From NCBI GenBank assembly GCA_036351155.1, contig JAZBOO010000202.1:1-34437 (forward strand): a stretch of 34,437 bases of DNA, in the 5' to 3' direction. Under the pieces are notes generated by a model. The model ran no database searches. It saw only the letters and a list, made by a program, of their open reading frames with translations, and was not told the DNA's origin. A program made the position numbers and the translations under genes. Position 1 is the stretch's first letter; every line of letters starts with the position of its first letter. Origin of the DNA: Candidatus Krumholzibacteriia bacterium. Its GTDB lineage: Bacteria; Krumholzibacteriota; Krumholzibacteriia; LZORAL124-64-63. Below are positions 27,001 through 34,437 of the stretch, piece after piece.

Positions 27001-27359
27001 GGATGGTAGGTCAGGCGCACGGGCTCGCCCCCTTCGGCGGGGATCAGGTAGACGTCGTTGTTGCCGTCGTAGTTGCCCGAAAAGGCGATGGTCTTGCCGT
27101 CAGGACTGAACTTGGCCTGGTTCTGGTAGCCGATCGACCCGGTCAAGCGCCGGGCTTCGCCACCCTGGGCCGACACGGTCCACAGGTCTCCGGCATACGA
27201 GAACACGATGGTGTTGCCGTGGATATCGGGGTAGCGCAACAGGCGCATGTCGTCGGTGTCGGGCTGGCCTTCAACGACGTCCTTGGCCAGGGCGGTCCCG
27301 GTCAGGGCAGCCAGCAGGGCCACCGTCAGGATCAGGTGCAGGGTTTTCACAGAGCGCAT
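24033..27359 (-). CDS. Tricorn protease homolog (S41B), secreted
   Basis: LLRYPDIHG, WKRYKGG, two propellers, ELNSSHS, PDZ, IGYLH, DERFNGGG, AGSGGD (catalytic Ser), GTRTWGG, DPQLEKAV. Confidence 0.93.
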   Translation of the reverse strand: MRSVKTLHLILTVALLAALTGTALAKDVVEGQPDTDDMRLLRYPDIHGNTIVFSYAGDLWTVSAQGGEARRLTGSIGYQNQAKFSPDGKTIAFSGNYDGNNDVYLIPAEGGEPVRLTYHPGGDRVMDWQPDGKHVRFQSRRESLTGRDMQLFTVSVDGGLPRRIPLPTAGLSSYAPDGHRLAFNRITREDRTWKRYKGGMAQDVWVYDFDKNTTEQITDWIGSDNFPMWHGDTIYYNSDKTGRLQIWAHDTRTGVKRQVTDHKEYDVKNPSLGPDAIVYENGGWLYVLDLATEKTRKVTVSLRSDNVLTRPSLKKVDGLIDSGDIAPDAQRAVFGARGDIFTVPAEKGNVRNLTATPGIREREPVWSPDGKYVAYLSDQTGEYEIWLAPSDGKDEPRQLTKGSKTYKMGMVWSPDSKHLLLSDAALNLWLIDAESGKQTHIDQSTTDEIRQVAWGPKSGWVAYAKGEANGFSSIFLYNVADKKVHRVTSDFTIDTAPCFDDEGKYLFFASATEFNPTLGGFDLKPIWANQDGLYLVTLREDVENPFAPESDEVEVKEEEEDDKKDEKKDEDEGEDEDKDKKDKKDKDTPLVIDLDGLASRMVELDVSPGNYSNLSFTKGKLFYMSRPFTPGGGRGNQNATTSIKLYDLEEREEKDVLSGVWGYALSADGKKIFYRQRGGKFGIIDAKPEQKPAKKSLRTDEMQAKVDPRAEWRQMFRDAWRQERDFFYDPGMHGVDWDRMYQRYGQLVPYVAHGSDFTYLLGELIGELNSSHSYARPGDRPRPKRVGTGLLGCDFSVDRESGRYRFERIFTDRDWNSSTPTPLHQPGVDVKELDYLISIDGVNLTTATNPYSLLENKVGQQVVLEVSTNPDGKDSREVTVEPIASEANLRYEAWVQDNRRKVDELSGGKIGYLHMPNTAVGGQVGFAKGYYPNLRKDGLIIDERFNGGGFIPDFFMNILRQKLVNLWKPRYGQDWRTPGTAFLGHMAMISNGYAGSGGDALPYYFQYYELGEVIGTRTWGGLVGISRGIQLMDGGGVTFPEFGLFNVHGQWDVENYGVDPTIPLDNLPHEVMAGRDPQLEKAVEVLLKKIEDEPVVVPRHGDFPRNKK

Positions 27360-28759
27360 CAATGTCCTCCGTCCAGAGTGAAGCTTCGCAACGAAGCAGG
27401 ATGGTCAGCCACGGTAAATATCAAACCGGCCATGGCGGCCAGATTCCGGGCCAGGATTTCGGGATCCACCTTCTCGAAGGTGTCGGCCCGGCTGTGGTGA
27501 ATGTCGAAGTAGTGGGAGGTGTCGACTCGATGACCAGCACCGGGTACGCCTTCGCGGACTATGGGACCCACGTCCACGCCCGATCCACCCTTGACGATCT
27601 GCCAGGTGTCGGGCGCCAGCTTCACCAGCGGAGCCGTCCAGTCGGCGATGGTCGCGATGACCAGGCTGTCCGCCTCGATGGAAAAGCCCCGGGGCGTGTA
27701 TGATCCGCTGTCGCTTTCCAGGGCCAGAACGTGACGCTCCAGCTCGGTGGCGTGGGTGTCGCGATAAGCGCGGCCACCCTGGCCTCCCATTTCTTCACAG
27801 GTATAGTGCACAACCCGAACAGTACGTCGCGGACGGTAGGCAGGTTGCACCAGCAGACGGCCCACTCCCAGGGCGAGGGCCACGCCGGCTCCATCGTCCA
27901 TGGCGCAGGTGCCCACGTCCCAGGAATCGAGGTGCCCCGAAACCAGCACAATTTCCTCCGGAGCCGTGGTTCCCCGGATGTCCCCGACAACGTTGTAGCT
28001 GATGATGTCGGGGTGGTTTTCGGCCTCCATGGAGAGCTGGACGGTGGGGCGAAGGCCCCGCCGGCAAAGGTGGTGGAGGCGGGCGGCATCCTCCACGGTG
28101 ACGGCGGCCACGGGGATGCGCGGAGCATCATCTGCGTAGTGCATGACGCCCGTGTGTGGCGCGCCCAGGCTGACTCCGGTGACCGACCGCACCAGGGCGG
28201 CCACGGCCCCATGCTTGGCCGCCCGGCTGGCCCCGTGAACGCGGTACTGGACGGTGCGTCCGTAACCCTCCCAGTCGGGGTTGAACAGGACGATCTTGCC
28301 ACGGGCTTCCTCGGCCCGGGCCTCCAGCTCGTCGAAGTCTTTCACGGCCATGATTTCGGCTTCCACCGTTTGACCACCGGTTCCATCGCTGCGGCCCAGC
28401 CCGCTGATATCCAGATCGAAGGCCACGGGGGCGATGCAGCGGGCCCATTCCTGGCCGCGGGTCCAGTGCGGCACGGTCACCGGCTCGGTCCACACGCTGT
28501 CGAAGCCGGCCTCCTGCATGGCGTCCACGGCCCAGACAACGGCATTCTTCATGCCGGGCGATCCCACCAGTCGGTGGCCCACCACATCGCTCAGTTCGCC
28601 CAGCTTGTCGTAGGTGGTGGTGTCTGCCAGGGCTTCTTCCAGCAACCGGTCCAGGGTGGTCATTTCAGGCGAGGTGGTCCGGGGAGGGGCCGAGGCACAG
28701 CCGGGAATCAGGAGGTAGAAGGCGGCCAGCATCGACAGGGTGCGCAGCAACGAGGTCAT
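27359..28759 (-). CDS. M28 family metallopeptidase (carboxypeptidase Q-like) lipoprotein
   Basis: GHRLVGS, PA domain, PHTG, GHLDSWDVG, DDGAG, CEEMG, ESDSG, HHSRADT; IPGC lipobox; TGATG overlap with tricorn. Confidence 0.88.
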   Translation of the reverse strand: MTSLLRTLSMLAAFYLLIPGCASAPPRTTSPEMTTLDRLLEEALADTTTYDKLGELSDVVGHRLVGSPGMKNAVVWAVDAMQEAGFDSVWTEPVTVPHWTRGQEWARCIAPVAFDLDISGLGRSDGTGGQTVEAEIMAVKDFDELEARAEEARGKIVLFNPDWEGYGRTVQYRVHGASRAAKHGAVAALVRSVTGVSLGAPHTGVMHYADDAPRIPVAAVTVEDAARLHHLCRRGLRPTVQLSMEAENHPDIISYNVVGDIRGTTAPEEIVLVSGHLDSWDVGTCAMDDGAGVALALGVGRLLVQPAYRPRRTVRVVHYTCEEMGGQGGRAYRDTHATELERHVLALESDSGSYTPRGFSIEADSLVIATIADWTAPLVKLAPDTWQIVKGGSGVDVGPIVREGVPGAGHRVDTSHYFDIHHSRADTFEKVDPEILARNLAAMAGLIFTVADHPASLRSFTLDGGH

Positions 28760-28924
28760 GGGATCTCCCAGGAAAATGACGGGAATACATGGATTGGGGG
28801 CCAGGAGAGAACTCTGGGCCAGCCAGGAAAAAGTATCACAACCAGGGTGGAGTCACCAAGTTGTTTGACCCGGCACGCGCAGCATGGTTTCTTTGCTGGG
28901 CACTCCAGACACGGTGGTTTCGGC

Positions 28925-30298
28925 ATGAGCAGATCCAGGGCGGATGCCAATCAGGTACCTCACGAACTGTTGCTCACCTTGTTCAACAGCGTGTCCGAGG
29001 GTGTGTTTGCCGTCGATCTGGACTTCCGCATCACCGCCATCAACGACTCCGCTCTGAAAACCCTGGGCATTTCGCGCCGGCAGGCCATGGGTCGACCCTG
29101 CGGGGAGGTCATCCGCTCCACTCTGTGTGACGAGGACTGTCCCCTGCGGCGCACCCTGGCCAGCGGGGAACCGCTGGTGAACCTGGGAAGCACCATTCTG
29201 GACGGGCGAGGACGCCGTATCCCCATCAGCCTGTCGACCACCCTGCTGAAGGACGCCGAGGGCGAGGTCATCGGGGGTGTGGAATCCTTCGTCAACCTGG
29301 CCCGCATCAGGGAGCATTTCAAGGAAGCGGACAGACACCTGCCCCTGCAGAACATCGTGACCGGGGATCCGGCCATGAAGAAGGTGTTCGAGATCCTGCC
29401 CACCATCAGCCGGAGCGCCACCAGTATCCTGGTCAATGGGGAAACGGGTACGGGAAAGAATCTGCTGGTCCGGGCCATTCACAACCTGAGTGCCCGGGCG
29501 CGCGGGCCTCTGATCACCGTCAACTGTGCGGCCTTGCCGGAAACTCTCCTCGAGTCCGAGCTCTTCGGCTACAAGGCCGGGGCCTTCACCGGGGCGGCGC
29601 GGGACAAGCCCGGACGGTTTGCCGCAGCGGAGGGTGGGACTCTCTTCCTGGATGAGGTGGGCGACATTCCTCTGAGCGTGCAGGTCAAGTTGTTGCGGGT
29701 CCTGCAGGAGCGGGTTTACGAGCGGCTGGGCGAGCAAACCCCGATTCCTTGCGATATCCGGTTCATCACCGCCACCCACCGGGATCTGGCGACGATGGTG
29801 GCCGAGGGGCAGTTCCGACGTGACCTGTACTACCGCATCAATGTCCTGAACGTGGACATTCCGCCCCTCCGTGCACGCAAGGGTGATATCCCGCTGCTGG
29901 CCCAGCGCTTCATCGAACGGTTCAGTCTGTCGCGCAACAAGCAGGTGACGGGGTTTTCCTCATCGGTCCTGGAGTGTCTGATGGCTCACGACTATCCGGG
30001 CAATGTGCGGGAGCTGGAGAATATCATCGAGCATGCGTGGGTCATGTGTCCGGGCAACATCCTGGAGGTTCAGCATCTGCCCCGCCGGTTGCAGGTCCGC
30101 TGGGAGGCCGGTCAGGCGGGGGGCCCAGGTGGTTTGCCTCAGGTGGAGGCGGCTTTTCTGACCCAGGTTCTGGAGCGCCACGGCTGGCATCGCGAAAACA
30201 CTGCCCGGGAACTGGGGATCCATCGCACCACCCTGCAGCGAAAAATCAAGAAGCTGGGCCTGATTCCCCCTCCCCAGGATGGTCGTTCCCGCTCCTGA
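28925..30298 (+). CDS. PAS-domain sigma54-dependent transcriptional activator (bEBP)
   Basis: PAS with C-x6-C-x3-[41 protein letters not shown] and C-terminal Fis HTH. The ORF-track extension to 27731 is antisense to the M28 gene. Confidence 0.93.
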   Translation: MSRSRADANQVPHELLLTLFNSVSEGVFAVDLDFRITAINDSALKTLGISRRQAMGRPCGEVIRSTLCDEDCPLRRTLASGEPLVNLGSTILDGRGRRIPISLSTTLLKDAEGEVIGGVESFVNLARIREHFKEADRHLPLQNIVTGDPAMKKVFEILPTISRSATSILVNGETGTGKNLLVRAIHNLSARARGPLITVNCAALPETLLESELFGYKAGAFTGAARDKPGRFAAAEGGTLFLDEVGDIPLSVQVKLLRVLQERVYERLGEQTPIPCDIRFITATHRDLATMVAEGQFRRDLYYRINVLNVDIPPLRARKGDIPLLAQRFIERFSLSRNKQVTGFSSSVLECLMAHDYPGNVRELENIIEHAWVMCPGNILEVQHLPRRLQVRWEAGQAGGPGGLPQVEAAFLTQVLERHGWHRENTARELGIHRTTLQRKIKKLGLIPPPQDGRSRS

Positions 30299-30312
30299 AC
30301 CTGCGGCAGGCC

Positions 30313-30363
30313 TTGATGCAACAATGCATCAATAGAGTTGCTCGGTGATGCATTTGTGCGTCA
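30313..30363. promoter_or_regulatory. Tandem upstream activating sequences (bEBP sites)
   Basis: TTGATGCA-N4-TGCATCAA (30313-30332) and TGATGCA-N4-TGCGTCA (30346-30363); centres 32 bp apart. Confidence 0.75.
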
Positions 30364-30456
30364 GTAGTTGTTTGTTGCCGGTTACCCTATCTTCTCTTCA
30401 TCCTTTCAACCCCTTGTCCGACAACGTGATAAATATTTCCCCCGCCGCGTCCTTTC

Positions 30457-30472
30457 GGGTGCGCATTTTGCC
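30457..30472 (+). promoter_or_regulatory. Sigma54 -24/-12 promoter of gdh
   Basis: GG(30458)-N10-GC(30470) with TTGC, downstream of the UAS pair and an IHF-like site (30407-30419). Confidence 0.65.
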
Positions 30473-30529
30473 TTGGAGGGGGTGTGACTAGACACTGAAC
30501 CTTCACTCGGATTTCAGGAGGATCGGGAC

Positions 30530-31819
30530 ATGGCCCCCAGCAAGGAATTCAACGCCTTCAAGTCCGCCCAGGCGGAATTCGACCGCGTGGCGCAGATGAT
30601 CGGTCTGGAAGAGGGTGCGCGGCAGCTTCTGAGAAAGCCCATGCGCGAATACCACTTCAGTATTCCCGTGCGCATGGACGATGGCGCCGTGAAGGTGTTC
30701 GAAGGCTACCGGATCCAGCACAATGACAGCCGGGGTCCCTGCAAGGGCGGTATCCGTTTCCACCCCCAGGAGACGGTCGATACCGTGCGGGCCCTGTCCA
30801 TGTGGATGACCTGGAAGTGCGCCGTGGCCGACCTGCCCCTGGGCGGCGGCAAGGGCGGCGTCATTTGCGATCCTCATCACCTGAGTCCCCGGGAACAGGA
30901 AGCGATATGTCGGGGGTGGGTGCGGCAAGTCTCTGGCAACGTGGGACATGTTCGCGACATACCCGCCCCCGATGTGATGACCACCAGCCAGCACATGCTG
31001 TGGATGCTGGATGAGTTCGAGGCGATCCACGGCGGGCACTACCCGGGGGCCATCACGGGCAAGCCGGTGGGCATGGGCGGCTCGCTGGGCCGCACCCAGG
31101 CCACGGGCTACGGGGTGGTTTACACTCTGCGCGAGGCCCTCAAGGAACTGGGCCTCAAGCCCCAGGACACCACCGCCAGCGTCCAGGGTTTCGGCAACGT
31201 GGCGCAGTACGCCATCGAGCTCTACCACCGGCTGGGCGGCAAGACGGTTTGCGTGTCGTGCTGGGATCAGGAAGCGCAGGAATCTTTCTGCTTCGTGAAG
31301 CCCGAGGGAGTGGACCTGGGCGAGCTCCGGAAGATCACCGATGCCTTTGGCGGGATCGACCAGCGCCAGGCCAAGGATCTGGGCTATCGCATTCTGCCGG
31401 GAGAATCCTGGCTGACCCAGGACGTGGACATCCTGTTGCCGGCGGCCCTGGAAAATCAGATCACCGAAGATAACGTGGGGCGCATCAGCGACCAGGTGAG
31501 GGTGATTGCCGAGGGCGCCAACGGACCCACCTCGCCCGAGGCGGACAAGTACCTGACCCAGAAGAACGTCTTCGTGATTCCCGACTTCCTGGCCAATGCC
31601 GGCGGCGTGACCTGCAGCTACTTCGAACAGGTTCAGTGCAACATGAACTACTACTGGGAGCTGGGCGAGGTGTTGAGTAAGCTGGACGTCAAGATGACGG
31701 CGGCCTACTACGCGGTGAGCGACCTGGCCCGGAAGCAGGGAGTGTCCACCCGGGACGCCGCCTACATGCTGGCGATCGACCGCGTGGCTCTGGCCTGCCG
31801 AGATCGGGGATGGGTCTAG
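30530..31819 (+). CDS. gdhA: Glutamate dehydrogenase (Glu/Leu/Phe/Val dehydrogenase family)
   Basis: GPCKGGIRFHP, MTWKCA, GGGKGG, DIPAPD, ITGKP, ATGYG, QGFGNV, EGANGP, PDFLANAGGVTCSYFE. Confidence 0.93.
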   Translation: MAPSKEFNAFKSAQAEFDRVAQMIGLEEGARQLLRKPMREYHFSIPVRMDDGAVKVFEGYRIQHNDSRGPCKGGIRFHPQETVDTVRALSMWMTWKCAVADLPLGGGKGGVICDPHHLSPREQEAICRGWVRQVSGNVGHVRDIPAPDVMTTSQHMLWMLDEFEAIHGGHYPGAITGKPVGMGGSLGRTQATGYGVVYTLREALKELGLKPQDTTASVQGFGNVAQYAIELYHRLGGKTVCVSCWDQEAQESFCFVKPEGVDLGELRKITDAFGGIDQRQAKDLGYRILPGESWLTQDVDILLPAALENQITEDNVGRISDQVRVIAEGANGPTSPEADKYLTQKNVFVIPDFLANAGGVTCSYFEQVQCNMNYYWELGEVLSKLDVKMTAAYYAVSDLARKQGVSTRDAAYMLAIDRVALACRDRGWV

Positions 31820-31844
31820 ACACTGAAGGAACTGGAGGACCGGC

Positions 31845-33593
31845 ATGCACGCGCTGAAAAAGTACCCCATTCCCGAATTCAGTCGGGGAACCTGGGAGTC
31901 GGGAGAAATCGTTTCCCGCATCGGCCAGGGCGAAATCGGGGGCAAGGCTTCCGGCCTGGTGCTCCTGGCCCGGGAATTCTTGACCGGTTTGAACCATCAG
32001 GAGTTTCCTCAGTTTCAGATCACCATACCGCGCCTGGTGGTGCTGGGAACCGGGGTGTTCGAGTCGTTCATGGATCTGAACGATCTGTGGGATCTGGCAC
32101 TGTCCGATGTTTCCGATGACCGTCTGGCCCAGGCTTTCAGCCGGGCCAGCCTGCCGCCGGAGGTGCTGGGCGATCTGCGGGATTTCATTTCCCAGGTGGA
32201 TTGCCCCCTGGCCGTGCGCTCTTCCAGTCTGCTGGAAGACGATCTGGACCACCCGTTTGCCGGGGTCTACTCGACCAAGATGATCCCGAACAACCAGCTG
32301 GACCTGGATACCCGGTACAAGCGACTGGATGAGGCCATCCGGTTCATCTATGCCACCACCTACTTCAGGTCGGCCCGGAACTACTTCAAGGGTTCGGGCC
32401 AGGATCACCGCCAGGAGCGGATGGCCGTGGTGATCCAGGAAGTGGTGGGTGACCGTCACGACGATCGCTTCTACCCGGAAATATCGGGGGTTTGTCGCTC
32501 CTTCAACTACTATCCCAACGGATCGGCCAAGCCTACCGATGGGGTGGCCAACCTGGCTCTGGGGCTGGGACGCCAGATCGTGGACGGCGAGCTGTCCTGG
32601 GGGTATTGCCCCGCCTTCCCGGCTGCTCCGCCACCGTTCAACGACGTGGGTGACCGGATGCGCAGCACGCAGAACAGCTTCTGGTCCATCAACATGGGGA
32701 CTCCGCCGCCGCCCGACCCCATGGGGGAAACGGAATTCTTGCTCAGCGACGAATTGGCCGTGGCCGAGAAGGACGGCACCCTGGACCATCTGGTCTCCAC
32801 CTATGATCCCGCCTCGGATCGACTGCGCCTGGGACTGGTGGGGCAGGGCCCTCGCGTCCTGGATTTTGGTCCCATCCTGGTGGGCGAAACACTCGAGTTG
32901 AACGGGCTGATCAAGAAGATGCTTCCCCTGGCCGAGCGCACCGCGGGCTGTCCTGTGGAAATGGAATTCGCCATCGACCGGGCGGCCGACGGTCGCCATC
33001 GGGTGTGCATGCTCCAGATGCGGCCCATGGCCATTCCGGAGGGTGACTCCAAGGTCTCCCCGGTGGCCCTGCATGAATCGGGGGTCATCCTGGCCAGCGA
33101 GCGGGCTCTGGGGCATGGAACCAAGGACAACATCCGCGACGTGGTTTACCTGAAGCCCGAGGATTTCGACATCGCCCGATCGCATGCGATCGCCAGTGAG
33201 GTGGAAAAGTTCAACCATGAACTGCAATCGGCGGGGCGTCCCTATATCCTGATCGGCTTCGGCCGCTGGGGCAGCAGTGACCCCTGGCTGGGCGTGCCCG
33301 TGGACTGGGGTCAGCTGAGCGGGGCTCGGGTGATCGTGGAGGCGCCCTATCGCGACCTGAATCCCGACCCGAGCCAGGGCGCCCATTTCTTTCACAACCT
33401 GATCTCCTTCGGGGTGTTCTATCTGACCGTGCGGGAGACGGGGGCGGGCAAGATCGACTGGGATTGGCTGGACAATCAGCCGGTGATCAAGGAAGGTCGA
33501 TATCTGCGTCACGTACGCGTGGAAGGCGGTTTGCAGGTGCGTGTGGACGGCCTGGCGGGCCTGGGATTGATCAAGACCGGGGGCAAGGCATGA
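31845..33593 (+). CDS. PPDK_N (PEP/pyruvate-binding, ATP-grasp) domain protein lacking the pyruvate TIM barrel
   Basis: IGGKASGL, LAVRSSSLLED..FAGVY, MAVVIQEV, SGV, GLGRQIVDG, VEMEFA, LQMRP; C-terminal GRWGSSDPWLG..SQGAHFFHNL; 582 aa with no PEP-utiliser C-terminal barrel. Confidence 0.8.
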   Translation: MHALKKYPIPEFSRGTWESGEIVSRIGQGEIGGKASGLVLLAREFLTGLNHQEFPQFQITIPRLVVLGTGVFESFMDLNDLWDLALSDVSDDRLAQAFSRASLPPEVLGDLRDFISQVDCPLAVRSSSLLEDDLDHPFAGVYSTKMIPNNQLDLDTRYKRLDEAIRFIYATTYFRSARNYFKGSGQDHRQERMAVVIQEVVGDRHDDRFYPEISGVCRSFNYYPNGSAKPTDGVANLALGLGRQIVDGELSWGYCPAFPAAPPPFNDVGDRMRSTQNSFWSINMGTPPPPDPMGETEFLLSDELAVAEKDGTLDHLVSTYDPASDRLRLGLVGQGPRVLDFGPILVGETLELNGLIKKMLPLAERTAGCPVEMEFAIDRAADGRHRVCMLQMRPMAIPEGDSKVSPVALHESGVILASERALGHGTKDNIRDVVYLKPEDFDIARSHAIASEVEKFNHELQSAGRPYILIGFGRWGSSDPWLGVPVDWGQLSGARVIVEAPYRDLNPDPSQGAHFFHNLISFGVFYLTVRETGAGKIDWDWLDNQPVIKEGRYLRHVRVEGGLQVRVDGLAGLGLIKTGGKA

Positions 33594-34437
33594 AGCCGAC
33601 CGAAAAACTGCTGGGCGATCTCAAGGAGCGGGCCAAGGAGCTGAACTGCCTCTACGAGGTGGAGAAAAGGCTCAATCAGGGTGACCGACCCCTGGCCGAG
33701 GTCATGGCCGAGGTGGTGGAGGTCATCGGGCAGGGATGGCAGTTCCCTGAAATTTGTGTGGCCTCGATCACCATCGAGGACCGGACCTGGGAGTCGCGAG
33801 GATTCGAGGAAACGCCCTGCGCCCTGACCACGGATATCCAGGTGCAGGACGAGGTGGTGGGCAAGCTGCGCGTGTACTACACGCGGAAATGCCCCGATGA
33901 AGATGAGGGCCCTTTCCTCAAGGAAGAGGTGCGCCTCATCGAGAGTCTGGCCGACCGGATGAGCCACTACATCCTCTTCAAGAAAGTCCAGAAGATGGGC
34001 CGCAAGTGGAGCCAGCTGGACGAGATGGAGGGCGATGCTTCCAACCCCAACTGGCAGGTCGTGATCGATCTGTTGCGGGAGACGGACGACTCCCTTTTCC
34101 TCCGGATTTCCCGCAAGATGCTGAATTTCCTTTGCTCCATCGGCATCGCCGATGCGCAGGCCATGCTCCGGGATATCGATCTGGACTATGACCCTCTGGA
34201 AACAGGGACCGGTGAAGTCAATACACCCGTTTCGGCCTTCACCACCGACCGCTCCCTTCTGGAGACCGGCAAGCCCTTCGAGCTGGCGGCGCGCTACATT
34301 TCCGGGGACGAGATCATCTTCTATGTCCAGAAGTGGATCCAGGGGGACAAGGCTTCCTCTTTTCTCAACGTGCTGGACAATCCCCGTTCGACCCTGAGCG
34401 AGGTGCAGGATGCCCTGCGCCGCTTCCAGCTGGCGGC
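33590..34437 (+). CDS. Partial CDS with N-terminal GAF-like sensory domain (runs off the window)
   Basis: ATGA overlap with the previous gene; MKPTEKLLGDLKERAKELNCLYEV..GWQFPEICVASI..GKLRVYY..GPFLKEE; open to the window end, so absent from the ORF track. Confidence 0.75.
   Translation, partial: MKPTEKLLGDLKERAKELNCLYEVEKRLNQGDRPLAEVMAEVVEVIGQGWQFPEICVASITIEDRTWESRGFEETPCALTTDIQVQDEVVGKLRVYYTRKCPDEDEGPFLKEEVRLIESLADRMSHYILFKKVQKMGRKWSQLDEMEGDASNPNWQVVIDLLRETDDSLFLRISRKMLNFLCSIGIADAQAMLRDIDLDYDPLETGTGEVNTPVSAFTTDRSLLETGKPFELAARYISGDEIIFYVQKWIQGDKASSFLNVLDNPRSTLSEVQDALRRFQLA

Noticed and set aside
25101..27500. Long antisense ORFs (also 70-1929, 3964-5517, 5801-7159, 7123-9168, 12093-13547, 16992-18335, 30503-31945, 31689-33512)
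   Set aside because: Shadow frames of high-GC3 genes; no recognisable motifs.
28860..28900. Possible sigma54 promoter (CGGCAC...TTGC) in the M28/bEBP divergent region
   Set aside because: The GG-to-GC spacing does not fit the required 10 bp.
27731..28924. 855-aa extended N-terminus of the sigma54 activator
   Set aside because: The extension is antisense to the well-supported M28 peptidase; recognisable PAS-AAA-HTH sequence begins after ATG 28925.
31845..33593. Annotation as ppsA or ppdK
   Set aside because: Too short; lacks the canonical GGxTSH motif and the C-terminal pyruvate-binding barrel.

Overview
High-GC bacterial chromosome segment from a probable diderm peptide-degrading organism; an FCB-related lineage such as Krumholzibacteriota/Latescibacterota is only a guess. 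Genes in order: M1 aminopeptidase, beta-propeller lipoprotein, pepD, a CitD-CitE fusion plus citF, a polytopic membrane protein, a Usp, a SAM methyltransferase, a solo trpB under a Trp attenuator, a D-Ala-D-Ala carboxypeptidase, a tetraheme cytochrome c, a TPR lipoprotein, an NhaP antiporter and a secreted protein. A lower-GC integron-cassette array without integrase follows (attC-like sites, small ORFs, ParD/ParE), then a CYTH protein, an arylsulfotransferase-family lipoprotein, an M28 peptidase-tricorn operon, and a PAS sigma54 activator upstream of gdh, a PPDK_N (ATP-grasp) protein and a truncated GAF-like protein. Notable non-coding structure: a DnaA-box-like cluster (5602-5783), a ~57-bp G-U-rich stem burying the citF stop codon (8696-8895), and a full sigma54 enhancer/promoter layout upstream of gdh. 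All calls come from reading the sequence; no searches or folding were run.
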